A stretch of DNA of 64,000 nucleotides from an uncultured virus (IMG/VR IMGVR_UViG_3300030333_003802). Lineage: Duplodnaviria; Heunggongvirae; Uroviricota; Caudoviricetes. The notes below the pieces were generated by a model. That model did no database searches, was not told the DNA's origin, and saw nothing but the letters and a program-made list of their open reading frames with translations. The stretch's first letter is position 1. Each line of letters begins with the position of its first letter. The DNA lies in IMG/VR virus record IMGVR_UViG_3300030333_003802, positions 1-64,000 of that record; one strand, 5' to 3'. The position numbers were made by a program, and so were the translations under genes. Shown piece by piece: positions 47,115 to 58,068 of this stretch.

Positions 47115-50100
47115 TATATTCTCCTAATTTAGTTTTAAGTTCATTTATTTGAACTTGTTGTTCTTGTATAGCTTTTATTAATACGGAAGCTAATTTACCG
47201 TAATCTACTACTTTGTGTGTTCCTTCTGAACCACCAATACTTTTTACATCTTGAACTACTTCTGGTATAATTTCTTCTATTTCTTGAGCAATAACACCTA
47301 TATCGTGTTTACCTTTTCTTTTTTTAATCCAATCATATTCTACTGCTCTCATTTTCATTACATCAGATAACCCGTAAGAAGTATCTTTAATATTCTTTTT
47401 AAACTTTTTATCTGAACCTACTGAACTAGAAAAAGCTATAACATCTTCGTCTGCGTGAAAATCTCCATTATCATGCATCATAAATAAACCTTGGTCGTTA
47501 CTTAATCCAGCATACGTTGAACCACCTACACCAAAATGCATTTCAGTTCCACTCCCTAAACACCATATACCACTATGTTTAGTATCTGTAAAGTGAATAC
47601 CTCCTCCATAACTACCAGATAAATTAATTGCCATATTTGTATCGGCATTTGGATTTGCATTTCTACTTATAGTTATACCAGCAGACCCCATTTTTAATCT
47701 TTCTACTGCATCAGTATGAAATTTTATTTCAGAAGCTTCTATAGTCATTCTATCGTCATTATTGGTAGTTCTTCTTAAGTATAAATCATTTCCTTGTCCA
47801 GATATATAACCTGAATTACAAATTATATCTCCAGTAGAAAATAAACTAGCATTACTTCCATCTGCTTGTTTAACATATAATGTTCCACCACTTGCAACAA
47901 TACCCGTAGCATTAGCATAACTACTATCAGAACTACTATAAAAACCTCCACCTTGATTAGTACCAGCTTCATAAGCAAAATGACTACCATCTATAATTGT
48001 AGACATTTGATTATTCTTTAATGCCCAAGACATTACTCCACCACCATTATCTAAAGTAAATACTCTAGTCCATCCATTGCTTCCCAAGTCTCCAAACCAA
48101 CTACCATTTTCAGTCATAACTGGTTTATTCCCGTTAGCTGTAACACTACCTTTAAATACTGCATTACCACTATTATTAATAGTAAGCCAAGTATCTGTCA
48201 TAGGAGCAGTAACACTGTTAGTTATAGAACCAGTTTCAACGTCTGAATCTCCTACCGCAAATACATTATCTGCTACCACAGCCATACCATGACCAGCAGT
48301 ACCATTACCACTTGCTTTTAAATATACATAATCACCAAGATTAGTTCCATAACCATTATATACAACATCGTGAGTTTGAGCATTGCTCCAAGCGTCTACA
48401 TATCTTCTTATAGTTGTTCCACTACTATTTACTTGATATTCATTTGTTGTTCTAACTTGCCCACTAGTTAATGTTCCACCAGCATCTACTCTAAATTCTT
48501 CATTATTATCTACAATAACTCTTGTATAGTCTGCTGTAATATCTATTCTATCAGCACTAGCATCTGTTCTTCTTAAACTTAAATCTTCATCATACGAAGT
48601 AATAATACCGCTATCTACTGTAATTTGTTTATTAAAGTAAAATTTGCTTCTATCAGTATTAATATGTCCCCAACCACTATTAGCTGGTCCTAATTCTATT
48701 AATCCATGGTCAGTTGTAAATCTATGATAATTTCCAGATGCTGCATGAAAATGTACTCTATCATCATCTACATACATTTCCGCATAATCACTTGTATCTC
48801 CTGGCTGATATAATCTTAATTTATTATCATTTTGTAATTGCATAGCAAGTTCATCACTACCAGCTCTTGAAGTCCAAAATCTTAAATGTCCAGCTCTACC
48901 TCCAGAACTTCCATCTACAAGATAACCTGATATTCTTGCCATAGCTGTTGTTGAACTATCTTGATTATGCCCAAATGTTAGACTTCCACCATTACCAGCA
49001 CTAGTACCTGTGTTTCTTATTTCAAAAATAGGGTTACTATTATAACCTACTTTTGCACTACCAGTTTCAGACATTAGAAACATTACTTTACTTGTTGTTC
49101 TATTGTAAAAATATAATTGAGAACTATCTTGTTCTATACTTACTACATCAGCACCACTTCTAGTAAATCTAATCATGTGGTCGCCATTACCAACTACTCT
49201 TAAATCTCCATTTACATCAAGTTTATAACTTGGAGAACCTTCATTTATACCAATTTTATCTTCTGAAGCATCTACTTTAAAAAGATTTGCTTGTGTGTCA
49301 CCTTCTATTCTAAAATCTGAATTATTTCCATCTTCATTAAATACTGCTCCATAATTAAACGTAGAAGCTCCAGTAACAGTAAGATTGTTTGTTACTGTAA
49401 GTCCAGATGAATTAATATACATTTGTTGCGTACCACTACTAGCACCAGTTGTTGCTCCGCTCCTAAAACTTAATGCACTACCCGATTGAAATATTGCACT
49501 TGTACTTGAACCTTCAAAAAATATTCTTGCACTATTAGAGGTAGCTCCAGTATCATTATTAATTAATAATCCATCTGCTCCACTATCTGTAATAGTTACT
49601 CTACCAGTTAAATCTGATGAACCATTTACTGTTAAATTACCAGCAGCTTTTAATAATCCACCATAGATACCTTCTTCGTGTGCAAATCCATAAGTATTTA
49701 AATCTGTTAACGCATTTCCGTGCACAGAAAAACCACTAATAGTATCTTCTATTGTAGGTGTGTGTATTGTATGGTCTGAGTAATGATTATTATCTCCCAT
49801 ACGAAATATTTTAGCTTCATAAGAAGAACTTACTGTTACATAAACTTGAAGAACTTTTTCTCCATAAGTGTTATCACTATCTTGACTTAATACTCTAACA
49901 CCAGTTATTCTATTAGTATGTCCACCGCAATTAATTACTGTAAAATTGCTATCAGCATAACTTCTTAACCAATGTATTCTAATAAATCCGTGGTCCCCAG
50001 AATCTCCGTCTGTAACTAATATTTCTCCAGCTCTTCTACCGCTTGTGTTAGTAGCTACTGTCATCCAACCTGGACCTACTGTAGCAGAAGCACTTCCTTG

Positions 50101-51690
50101 TCTTCTAAAAAATCTTGATGAATCGTATCCGTCTAATGTATCAGCGTCTAAGCCACTTCCACTTCCGTCTACTGTTTTAATAGCAGTTAATATTTCAGCA
50201 GCTGATTGGTCTGCAGTAGCACTTGCTTCTATTCCGTCTAATTTACTATGGTCAGAACTTGTAAAGGCAACTGATGTAGTTCCATTAATAGTAAGTGCAT
50301 CAGTTTCTAATGTTCCGTCTACATCTACATTTCCAGATATGTCAAGAGAATTAGCGGTAACACTACCTTGAACTGTAGTATTATAACCAAGATTAATACT
50401 ACTTACAGCATTATTTTCACCATTAGTAATTACTTGCAATGGATAAGTACCAGTATTGTTTAATCTTATACTTAAATTACCTCCGTCTACACCAAACCAA
50501 AATTCAGGTGTATTTGTTACTCCACTTTCTTCAATTAAAATAAATGGAGATGAACCATCCATGTGTAGTCTGTTGTTTATTTGTAAAGTAGTTCCGTCAA
50601 AGGTAAGGTTAGCTTCTCCATTTAAAGCTGTTGAACTACTAAATGTTGCTATTCTATTATCTGAACCATTTGCTACTGCTGATACTGCGCCACCACTTTG
50701 AGAATCTACATATGCTTTAACACTTTGTTGTGTAGGAACATGACTAGCACTATTAGAAGACATATCATCTTCATCTTTAGTTGGAAGCCTATCCATATCA
50801 AAAGCTCCACTTGTAATTTTACTTGCTGGTAAATTAGCTACATAAGCATTAGCAATAGCTGTACCTTGCCAAGTACCATCAGTTACTGTTCCAAATTCCA
50901 TACCAGCAAGAGCATTGCCGTCAGTTAAAAATTTAAATGAATTAGAAACGTTTTGTATTCTATCTTCTCCAGCAACATTACCAATAGTAAACCCACCACT
51001 TACCGTACTTTTTATTTTACCAGTTGCAGTTAATGCTCCAGTTACATCTGCGCCTGCTGAATCAATTCTAAGTTTTTCGCTTGTATTAACAGACACTCCA
51101 TCTGAAACGCTACCTGCTAATTCAAATGCCATATATTCGCCACCAGAACTATCAGTATTTACTTCAATTCTACCTGAGTTACCATCTTGTTCTGGAACTT
51201 TATTTCTATGATTAAATGTTACATTAGCATTACCACCACCGTCATTAATAGTTAATGCTATACCACCACCACCATATCCAGCAATAATATCATTTGTTGC
51301 AACAATACTACCCGTATCTGATAGTGGATTAGTATGTACGCCTAAACTACCAGAATCTATTTTAATCTTTCCAGTAGTAGTTAATTGTGTTCCATTAAAA
51401 GTAAGATTAGACTCTGCTTGTATAGCACTTGTGCCATTACCAGTTAATATAGCATTAGAAGTAAAAGTAGATGCACCAGTACCACCATTAGCTACTGCTA
51501 AATCAGTACCAGACCAATTTGAATTATTAATAGTAGCACTACCACCAATAGGTGTTAAACCAGTAGCTGCAGTAGAGCCATTACCAACATATAGTTCGTT
51601 AGTATCGCTTTTATATATTAACTCTCCTGCTTCTGGTGTACCAGCATTTGAGAGATTAGTACCTCTTTTTATTTTAATCGTATTTGACAT
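47107..51690 (-). CDS. Long tail fibre with C-terminal intramolecular chaperone (peptidase S74)
   Basis: N-terminal IKIKRG..GEL..LYVGNG; C-terminal SDKKFKKNI..IGVIAQE..PEVV..VDYGKL..AIQEQ. Confidence 0.9.
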   Translation of the reverse strand: MSNTIKIKRGTNLSNAGTPEAGELIYKSDTNELYVGNGSTAATGLTPIGGSATINNSNWSGTDLAVANGGTGASTFTSNAILTGNGTSAIQAESNLTFNGTQLTTTGKIKIDSGSLGVHTNPLSDTGSIVATNDIIAGYGGGGIALTINDGGGNANVTFNHRNKVPEQDGNSGRIEVNTDSSGGEYMAFELAGSVSDGVSVNTSEKLRIDSAGADVTGALTATGKIKSTVSGGFTIGNVAGEDRIQNVSNSFKFLTDGNALAGMEFGTVTDGTWQGTAIANAYVANLPASKITSGAFDMDRLPTKDEDDMSSNSASHVPTQQSVKAYVDSQSGGAVSAVANGSDNRIATFSSSTALNGEANLTFDGTTLQINNRLHMDGSSPFILIEESGVTNTPEFWFGVDGGNLSIRLNNTGTYPLQVITNGENNAVSSINLGYNTTVQGSVTANSLDISGNVDVDGTLETDALTINGTTSVAFTSSDHSKLDGIEASATADQSAAEILTAIKTVDGSGSGLDADTLDGYDSSRFFRRQGSASATVGPGWMTVATNTSGRRAGEILVTDGDSGDHGFIRIHWLRSYADSNFTVINCGGHTNRITGVRVLSQDSDNTYGEKVLQVYVTVSSSYEAKIFRMGDNNHYSDHTIHTPTIEDTISGFSVHGNALTDLNTYGFAHEEGIYGGLLKAAGNLTVNGSSDLTGRVTITDSGADGLLINNDTGATSNSARIFFEGSSTSAIFQSGSALSFRSGATTGASSGTQQMYINSSGLTVTNNLTVTGASTFNYGAVFNEDGNNSDFRIEGDTQANLFKVDASEDKIGINEGSPSYKLDVNGDLRVVGNGDHMIRFTRSGADVVSIEQDSSQLYFYNRTTSKVMFLMSETGSAKVGYNSNPIFEIRNTGTSAGNGGSLTFGHNQDSSTTAMARISGYLVDGSSGGRAGHLRFWTSRAGSDELAMQLQNDNKLRLYQPGDTSDYAEMYVDDDRVHFHAASGNYHRFTTDHGLIELGPANSGWGHINTDRSKFYFNKQITVDSGIITSYDEDLSLRRTDASADRIDITADYTRVIVDNNEEFRVDAGGTLTSGQVRTTNEYQVNSSGTTIRRYVDAWSNAQTHDVVYNGYGTNLGDYVYLKASGNGTAGHGMAVVADNVFAVGDSDVETGSITNSVTAPMTDTWLTINNSGNAVFKGSVTANGNKPVMTENGSWFGDLGSNGWTRVFTLDNGGGVMSWALKNNQMSTIIDGSHFAYEAGTNQGGGFYSSSDSSYANATGIVASGGTLYVKQADGSNASLFSTGDIICNSGYISGQGNDLYLRRTTNNDDRMTIEASEIKFHTDAVERLKMGSAGITISRNANPNADTNMAINLSGSYGGGIHFTDTKHSGIWCLGSGTEMHFGVGGSTYAGLSNDQGLFMMHDNGDFHADEDVIAFSSSVGSDKKFKKNIKDTSYGLSDVMKMRAVEYDWIKKRKGKHDIGVIAQEIEEIIPEVVQDVKSIGGSEGTHKVVDYGKLASVLIKAIQEQQVQINELKTKLGEYNG

Positions 51691-51698
51691 TTAATTCC

Positions 51699-53333
51699 TT
51701 AATAAGTTCCGCAATCTATAGTAGCACTTGTAATAGTAGCTGCTTCTACATCATTGAACTCAGCGCTACCTACACTACCACTAAAGACTTCACTTGAATT
51801 ACTAGCGTCTGGAATAAATTTAAATTTGTAATCAGTATCATCAAATCCAAAGAATCCAACTTTTGCTGCACTTCCAGTATGATATTTAAACTCAATACCT
51901 CTATCTTTGTTATCGTCAGAACCTGCATTTCCGTCTCCGCCTAATGTAAATATAGGGTCATCAACAGTTACTGTAGTTGAATTAACAGTAGTTGTAGTAC
52001 CATCTACTTGCAAATCACCTTGAATGGTAACTTTTTTGTCCCATCCAATTTTCATTGCTTCTTGAGCTACTCCACTTTCGCCAACATAAAATATTAAATC
52101 AGTTTTGTTAGCGGTTGCCGTAAAGTCTGCTGCCGCTTTTGCTTCAATAGAAGCTGCTAGCGCTACAGCATCTGAACCAGCTGATTCATTTTCGGCTGCA
52201 AAGTCAATTCTTCCTAACACATTAGATACATCTACATCAGTTCTAGCTGAATATAATCTTAAAATAGCCCCAGATGTTGAATCTACTGAAATTTTAGAGT
52301 TTGCATTTTGTGTCATTGCTGCATTAAAGTTAACTCCTCCACTTGCTCCAATTGTAAATGCAGTATTTCCAGCACTACCACTATTATTATATTTGTAAGT
52401 ATTTGCTACTACATTTGTACCAATATAGTTTGTTGTGCTAATTGAATTAGTAGTTAATGCTCCAGCAACTGTTACTGCACCATCACTAGCTTGTACGCTA
52501 AATGCAGAACTTCCACTTGAATCATATACTTTAAAATCTACATCAGTACTTCCAGGTCCAATTTCTACTAAATCTTGTGTAGCATCTATAACTTTAATCA
52601 TAGGAATGTTATTAGCCGCAATTCTGACTTCGTTGTCTGTACCAAAATCTATATATTCAGTATCTGCTGCTCTACCTACTTTAAGTGAAGTATTAATTAC
52701 AGATGTAATAGCTGTTTGTGCTGGAGTTATAGATATTGTTCTAGCATTTGCTCCATCAAAAGTTCCAGCTGAAGTTATACCAGTACCCGCAGTTAATGCA
52801 TTTGGTACTTTTAATACAGATAAAGTATCGCTTGATAATTCTATTGTTGAAGTATCAGCTACATCCGTGTTTAACATAGTTCCATGAACTTTGTCTGTTC
52901 CAATAGTTGCTGCTCCACCTGCTGCTATAGTAATGTCAGAACCAACATTGCCAAAAATAGTATCTTCTAAATTACTAAAAGTAATTTTTTGTGAACCATT
53001 GTCATCAGCATCTACCATTGCTATAAAATCAGCTTGTGCTATACTTGATTCAGTTCCTAATTCGTTTAAATCTAATGCTAATGTTACACTATTATCTGTA
53101 TCTCCACTTGCTACAGTTTTTGTAAGTCCATTACCATCAGTTAAGTCAGATAATAATGGTAAGTGTATTGTTGTTGCTCCACTATCCGCTTGATTATCTG
53201 CTGTACATCTTCCTATAAATAGTTTTTTCTGATAATTTTGAAAAGCTAACTCACCATAATGTAAACTAGATGGCAAACTTGATGAATCAAAATCAGCAGA
53301 ACTATTTCTTTTTATTTTTATTCTATTGCTCAT
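51699..53333 (-). CDS. Tail fibre protein
   Basis: IKIKR..GELA..KLFIG; GDLQVDGTTTTVNSTTVTVDDP; ends IDCGTY. Confidence 0.85.
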   Translation of the reverse strand: MSNRIKIKRNSSADFDSSSLPSSLHYGELAFQNYQKKLFIGRCTADNQADSGATTIHLPLLSDLTDGNGLTKTVASGDTDNSVTLALDLNELGTESSIAQADFIAMVDADDNGSQKITFSNLEDTIFGNVGSDITIAAGGAATIGTDKVHGTMLNTDVADTSTIELSSDTLSVLKVPNALTAGTGITSAGTFDGANARTISITPAQTAITSVINTSLKVGRAADTEYIDFGTDNEVRIAANNIPMIKVIDATQDLVEIGPGSTDVDFKVYDSSGSSAFSVQASDGAVTVAGALTTNSISTTNYIGTNVVANTYKYNNSGSAGNTAFTIGASGGVNFNAAMTQNANSKISVDSTSGAILRLYSARTDVDVSNVLGRIDFAAENESAGSDAVALAASIEAKAAADFTATANKTDLIFYVGESGVAQEAMKIGWDKKVTIQGDLQVDGTTTTVNSTTVTVDDPIFTLGGDGNAGSDDNKDRGIEFKYHTGSAAKVGFFGFDDTDYKFKFIPDASNSSEVFSGSVGSAEFNDVEAATITSATIDCGTY

Positions 53334-53342
53334 TTTATTCTC

Positions 53343-53855
53343 CTATAAGAATGTTCCGCCGTTAATATCATCTACGTCTATCCACTTTGAACTACTACTA
53401 TCATATTTTAATAAAGCTCCATTGTTTGGGTTTGTTATGTTAGTATCATTCATTTCATCAAGAGTATCTTCTCCTGAAACTTGTGTATCAACGTAACTTT
53501 TTACTGCCTTGGCACTAGGCAATGTTGTATCAGTACCAGCTGTTGAACTTAAGTCCGTATCTAGTACTCCCGCTTTCAAATTATCTACTTCTACGTTGCT
53601 GAGTGTATTATTATCAGCATTAATTGTTTTGTTTGTTAATGTTTGTGTAGCATCAGCTGTTGCAGTATCGTTTAATGCATCTCTAACATTAGTCGCATCG
53701 CTATTGTCTAAACTAATAGGTATTTGGCTAGCATCAATACTAAAACTATCTTGAACTTTAGTAGCATTTTGTACACCTACACTTTTTGTAGCGCTTGTTC
53801 TTTGCACAGTAGCTTTTACAGCTTTATTCGTTGTAACTTTAGCACTTATAGCCAT
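53343..53855 (-). CDS. Short fibre/adaptor protein
   Basis: TQTLTNKTI; LPSAKAVKSYVD; ends INGGTF. Confidence 0.6.
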   Translation of the reverse strand: MAISAKVTTNKAVKATVQRTSATKSVGVQNATKVQDSFSIDASQIPISLDNSDATNVRDALNDTATADATQTLTNKTINADNNTLSNVEVDNLKAGVLDTDLSSTAGTDTTLPSAKAVKSYVDTQVSGEDTLDEMNDTNITNPNNGALLKYDSSSSKWIDVDDINGGTFL

Positions 53856-54322
53856 TATCCTCCTCCTCCAATTCCTGACACAGATGCCGTAAATGTATGT
53901 GTTAACTTAGTTGCACCTTTAGAAATTATTACATCTCCTTGTATGTGCCTTACCCACTTATCGTTTGTTAGGTCATTTTTCTCTACCAAATCCCAATGTC
54001 CTTCAAAATCGTCATTAAAATGTTGTATAGCTTCAGCTGGTAATGTAAGAGTTATTGTTTTAGCAGCTCGATTTGCTACTACATCAAAATGTACTTCATT
54101 TTGATTTCCTGATGCCCATTGGTCATTATCTGCTGGCGTTCCATTTACCCCGTTACCAGTTTTACCTGGTCCAGTAAATGCACTATGTTTATAATCTTTT
54201 ACAATTACAGCTGCATATTTCATATCGCTAGTCATAGTATATGAACTATCCAATGTAATCACATTAGTAAAATCTGCGTTTTGTTGTAATTCTATATCTT
54301 GATATTGATTTGATGAAATCAT
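53855..54322 (-). CDS. Putative fibre-attachment protein
   Basis: IELQQNADF..ITLTLP..WDLV..QGDVII pattern, upstream of fibres. Confidence 0.5.
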   Translation of the reverse strand: MISSNQYQDIELQQNADFTNVITLDSSYTMTSDMKYAAVIVKDYKHSAFTGPGKTGNGVNGTPADNDQWASGNQNEVHFDVVANRAAKTITLTLPAEAIQHFNDDFEGHWDLVEKNDLTNDKWVRHIQGDVIISKGATKLTHTFTASVSGIGGGG

Positions 54323-54331
54323 TTATTACTC

Positions 54332-54568
54332 CTAATATAAAAATACTACTGTGTTAGCACTTGCTTTTGTCGCACAAATTGGATATGTGTGTCCTTGTAA
54401 CAAATAAAATACAACATCAACACCATTTACTGTTAAAGTAACGTTTGCTGATGTGCCTTTCATATGAACTGCTCTACACGCATCTTGGTCGCTAGTTGTT
54501 GCAACTACTGCTTTAATATACGGAGCAACACTTTCTTGTACCGCATAATCATTAAGTCCTTTTGCCAT
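54332..54568 (-). CDS. Small beta-rich virion protein
   Basis: RBS; structural operon. Confidence 0.5.
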   Translation of the reverse strand: MAKGLNDYAVQESVAPYIKAVVATTSDQDACRAVHMKGTSANVTLTVNGVDVVFYLLQGHTYPICATKASANTVVFLY

Positions 54569-54584
54569 TTTAATCTCCTATGAT

Positions 54585-55049
54585 TTATTTTAATATTGAA
54601 AAAGTTTTTATTGGACTTGCCATAAATACTTTATTTTTATTGCTTTCGTTATCTGCTACTTTTTTATAAAATTCTCGCATATAATATTCTTTTACATCTA
54701 TTTGCCCCATTCTTTCTGCTAATTGAGCTTTTACATAACAAACTATTGCTAATGAAATCATTCTATTTGCATTTAAATGAGAATTTTCATCAGGAGAAGT
54801 ATCTTCAGTTAAGCTAGAATGAACTGTGCTTTCTGGGTCTTCTTGAACAAAAGGTTTTTCAATAGCAGTATATTCAATTCTTAATCCATTAGTAATTGCT
54901 TCATCTGGATAAATTATATCATCAAGTTCCCCGCCACTTAATCTTCCTTGATTGTCTACAATTCTACCAGCACTTCTAACAATTTTATATAATCTTAATT
55001 GTTTGCCATTTTGTACATATGCGTACGTTCTATTTGTATCATAACTCAT
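54585..55049 (-). CDS. Putative neck protein B3 (paralog of 3247-3699)
   Basis: See A3. Confidence 0.55.
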   Translation of the reverse strand: MSYDTNRTYAYVQNGKQLRLYKIVRSAGRIVDNQGRLSGGELDDIIYPDEAITNGLRIEYTAIEKPFVQEDPESTVHSSLTEDTSPDENSHLNANRMISLAIVCYVKAQLAERMGQIDVKEYYMREFYKKVADNESNKNKVFMASPIKTFSILK

Positions 55050-55324
55050 GGGTTTGTATCCTCTGTAACAACTGGGTCATCTAATAATCTTCTAATTTTT
55101 TTATATTTATTATCATCTTCAGTATCTAACACACTAACACTTTTGATTGCTACTAACCCAGCAGGTAAATCATAATCTCTAGTATTTTTAACTATATTTG
55201 ATTTAGTTGTTTTTGTATCTAATTCGTTAGATGATTGTATTTGTAAAATTGCATCTTTAATATAAGCAATTACTAATTTAGTATCACGTGAATTTGCTCT
55301 TTCCATAATTTCTAAAACTTTCAT
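55046..55324 (-). CDS. Putative neck protein B2 (paralog of 3703-4008)
   Basis: See A2. Confidence 0.55.
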   Translation of the reverse strand: MKVLEIMERANSRDTKLVIAYIKDAILQIQSSNELDTKTTKSNIVKNTRDYDLPAGLVAIKSVSVLDTEDDNKYKKIRRLLDDPVVTEDTNP

Positions 55325-55326
55325 AA

Positions 55327-56394
55327 TTAACTTCCCTCTTGTTGTCTTTGAGATTGTTGTTGTTGCGCTGGAGCTGATAATGCCCCTGTAATAGATTGTA
55401 ATTCTGCGACAGCTCTTTGATAATATGAAATCGCCGCTTGCAATCTTTGATTTGCAACACTTAAATCTCCTTGAGAAACTTGCAATACTGATTCAGCTAT
55501 TTCAGGGTCTTCGTCTTGCAACCAATGTATTGCTGATAAACTTGTTTTACTTGTTGCGTCATCTGAAGACATACCGCCCTTTAAAATCTTTTCTGCATCT
55601 TTTGAATGTGATAATCTTAACATATCTAATGACGCTGCATATAATAAAGCTACGTTTTCAAATTCTGTTAATACCCATGCATCGGTATTTTCGTCAATAA
55701 TTGGAGGAGCTGAATAAACAATCACTCCTTTATCTCCCTCTTTGTAATTAAGGGCTGTCAAGCTTCCTCCTATTGGCGTATAAACTTTACCAAATGTTAA
55801 TGTGACATTTGTTCCATTTTGTGAAGCGTTTGCTGACGCTACAAATGTTGTAGAATTAGTAATACTTTGAACAGTAGTCCCTGTTAATCCAGGACCAGTT
55901 ATTTTCATCCCAACTTCTATATTTGCTGTGCTATCCATTGTAACGTTAGGACTTCCTTGTGTAGTATCACAAGTATTATCTGATNNNNNNNNNNCTAAAC
56001 CAGTATAATCATTATAATCAGGGTCTGGTTTAATATATATTTTACCACTTAATTTATAATATTTAGGAAACATTTTTGTAGGAAAATTTAAACTAGTAGG
56101 TTCATCAGCTGAATGAATAGCATAATCTGCTATTTCTTGAGCTACTCTTTTTTTAGTACCATCATTACGATATACTGCTAATATTTTATCGTATGCTAAA
56201 GAAGAACCATTTCCAATAATACTTGCTCCAGTACTATCAAATCCATCTATTTCTACTTCAGAAGCAATAGACCATAAAAACTTTTCAGGTAAACTAGATA
56301 CAATAAATTTAGCACCAGCATTTAAATGCTCTACTAAAAATCTAGCTTTAGAACCGTTTCCAGTTATATTATTTACTTTTTCCCATAATTTCAT
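55327..56394 (-). CDS. Putative head-completion protein B1 (paralog of 4690-6525); contains N gap
   Basis: Shared motifs with A1; first gene after capsid B. Confidence 0.6.
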   Translation of the reverse strand: MKLWEKVNNITGNGSKARFLVEHLNAGAKFIVSSLPEKFLWSIASEVEIDGFDSTGASIIGNGSSLAYDKILAVYRNDGTKKRVAQEIADYAIHSADEPTSLNFPTKMFPKYYKLSGKIYIKPDPDYNDYTGLXXXXSDNTCDTTQGSPNVTMDSTANIEVGMKITGPGLTGTTVQSITNSTTFVASANASQNGTNVTLTFGKVYTPIGGSLTALNYKEGDKGVIVYSAPPIIDENTDAWVLTEFENVALLYAASLDMLRLSHSKDAEKILKGGMSSDDATSKTSLSAIHWLQDEDPEIAESVLQVSQGDLSVANQRLQAAISYYQRAVAELQSITGALSAPAQQQQSQRQQEGS

Positions 56395-56414
56395 ATATAT
56401 CTCCTATTCGCAAA

Positions 56415-56460
56415 TGGGTCCCTGTAGGGAGAAAGGAGGTAAAGAACCTACAAAGACCCA
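56415..56460 (-). other. 14-bp hairpin with an anti-Shine-Dalgarno loop after capsid B
   Basis: TGGGTCTTTGTAGG-TTCTTTACCTCCTTTCTC-CCTACAGGGACCCA. Confidence 0.65.
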
Positions 56461-56480
56461 ATGCAAATTAACTATTTAGA

Positions 56481-58040
56481 TTATTTCCAAATAGCGTGTG
56501 ATTCTGGCATTTTATACTCAAAACCAGCTTCAGTTAATATCATATCAACTCTTTTATCAACACCTGAGTTCTCTAAATTCTGAACTCCAACGTAGATAGA
56601 AGTGTCTCTATTAACATCATTACCAATTAATGGTCTGTAAGCAACATTGTTCATGTTGATAGCAGCGATTTTAACGTGTGAACCATCTAAGGCTATACAT
56701 CTTGCAACGTTCATTTTACCATAAACTGTTGCAATTTCTGTTACGTCTAATCCCATTACTTTCTTACGACCAGTAACTGCTAAGTCTGCACTAAAGCGAT
56801 TAAAGTTATTACCATTATCGCCAACTGCAATATTGTTCTTAAAGAACCCACCTAGTTTATGTAGCCAAGTGTACACAGCAGTACTACATAAGAATACTGT
56901 TGCTCCATCTTGATTATATCTAGGGTCAAAATATTGAGACATATCTTGTAAGAAGTCATCAATAGATTTTGAAGCTAGGTCTAATGAAAAGATATTACCA
57001 AAATTCAAGATGTAATCAATTGCACCTTGAGTGTGGTTTACTGAACTATCTGTAACCTGTGAACTGAATAATCCAGCCCATTCAATGTCCCATTTGTGCT
57101 CAATAAGTTTTTCTTTCCATGTTCTAGCCCACTCATTTGGTTCGTATTTAAGAGCTGTTGCTCTAGCGGTATTTGTCATACCAAACTCGCTTCTAAAGAT
57201 TTGAGTTTGTCCGTAACCAGTTGAGTATGGGTTATCTTTCCAAGACTCTCCAAGTAATGAAGAACCTTCTCCATATGAAGTACCAACAACGTATGAACGT
57301 CTTTCTTCTAATGTTTCAGCAATATCTTCTGAATAAGCAACACATTGTGGTTTATCACCAACATATGAAGCTGATTCTGAATTAGCTGGAACTCTTAGAA
57401 TCTTAGCTGTTACAAGAGCTGGTTCAGCAGATGCGTGTCCAGTTCCTGAATTTGCAGATAAGTCTATAGTTCCTGAAGCTGTAACAGCAGTAATTCTAAT
57501 TAACATATAGTCATTAGGAGCACCGCCACCAGCTACATCACTCATAGGTACTTTTAGGATTTGATTAGGTTGTAGGAATTGTGGTCTTGTACCAGGGTCT
57601 CCTACTTTGATTGCACCATTCGATTGTCCTTTGACGTTTTGAATGTTGCCTGCACTGTAATAATCAGTACAGAAATATAGTTTTACTTCTCCACCAAGTG
57701 ATAAAGCACTATTGTCTGATTCCTTAATTTCAGCGTTATTAAGAACCACAGTTGGTCCTCCGCCATGTTGGAATCCAACTAAATATGCATATCTCTTCAT
57801 GAACGAATGTCTCTTCTCAGTAAACTTGAAAGTTGGGTCATCCGTAGGTTTCTTAGCCATTGTAGAAACGAGTCTAAAAAACGGAGTTTGAGCTAAAGCG
57901 AGTTCTGAAAATCTATCGCCAAAGTCATATCGTCTACGTAAATCACCAGTTAGAAAAGTATTAGCGTTAACTCCGCCAACAACTCTTCCTCTTTCAGTTA
58001 AACCTGTAGAAGTAGACAATGCTAAAGGTGTACTAGGCAT
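56481..58040 (-). CDS. Major capsid protein B (same family as A)
   Basis: QTPFF, GQTQIFRS, EHKWDIE, YRPLIGN, DMILTEAGFE..PESHA. Confidence 0.85.
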   Translation of the reverse strand: MPSTPLALSTSTGLTERGRVVGGVNANTFLTGDLRRRYDFGDRFSELALAQTPFFRLVSTMAKKPTDDPTFKFTEKRHSFMKRYAYLVGFQHGGGPTVVLNNAEIKESDNSALSLGGEVKLYFCTDYYSAGNIQNVKGQSNGAIKVGDPGTRPQFLQPNQILKVPMSDVAGGGAPNDYMLIRITAVTASGTIDLSANSGTGHASAEPALVTAKILRVPANSESASYVGDKPQCVAYSEDIAETLEERRSYVVGTSYGEGSSLLGESWKDNPYSTGYGQTQIFRSEFGMTNTARATALKYEPNEWARTWKEKLIEHKWDIEWAGLFSSQVTDSSVNHTQGAIDYILNFGNIFSLDLASKSIDDFLQDMSQYFDPRYNQDGATVFLCSTAVYTWLHKLGGFFKNNIAVGDNGNNFNRFSADLAVTGRKKVMGLDVTEIATVYGKMNVARCIALDGSHVKIAAINMNNVAYRPLIGNDVNRDTSIYVGVQNLENSGVDKRVDMILTEAGFEYKMPESHAIWK

Positions 58041-58068
58041 TTTATGTCCCTCCTCGGGGTTTGTTTAT

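Noticed and set aside
47107..53333. Diversity-generating retroelement acting on fibres
   Set aside because: No reverse transcriptase or adenine-variant template repeat seen
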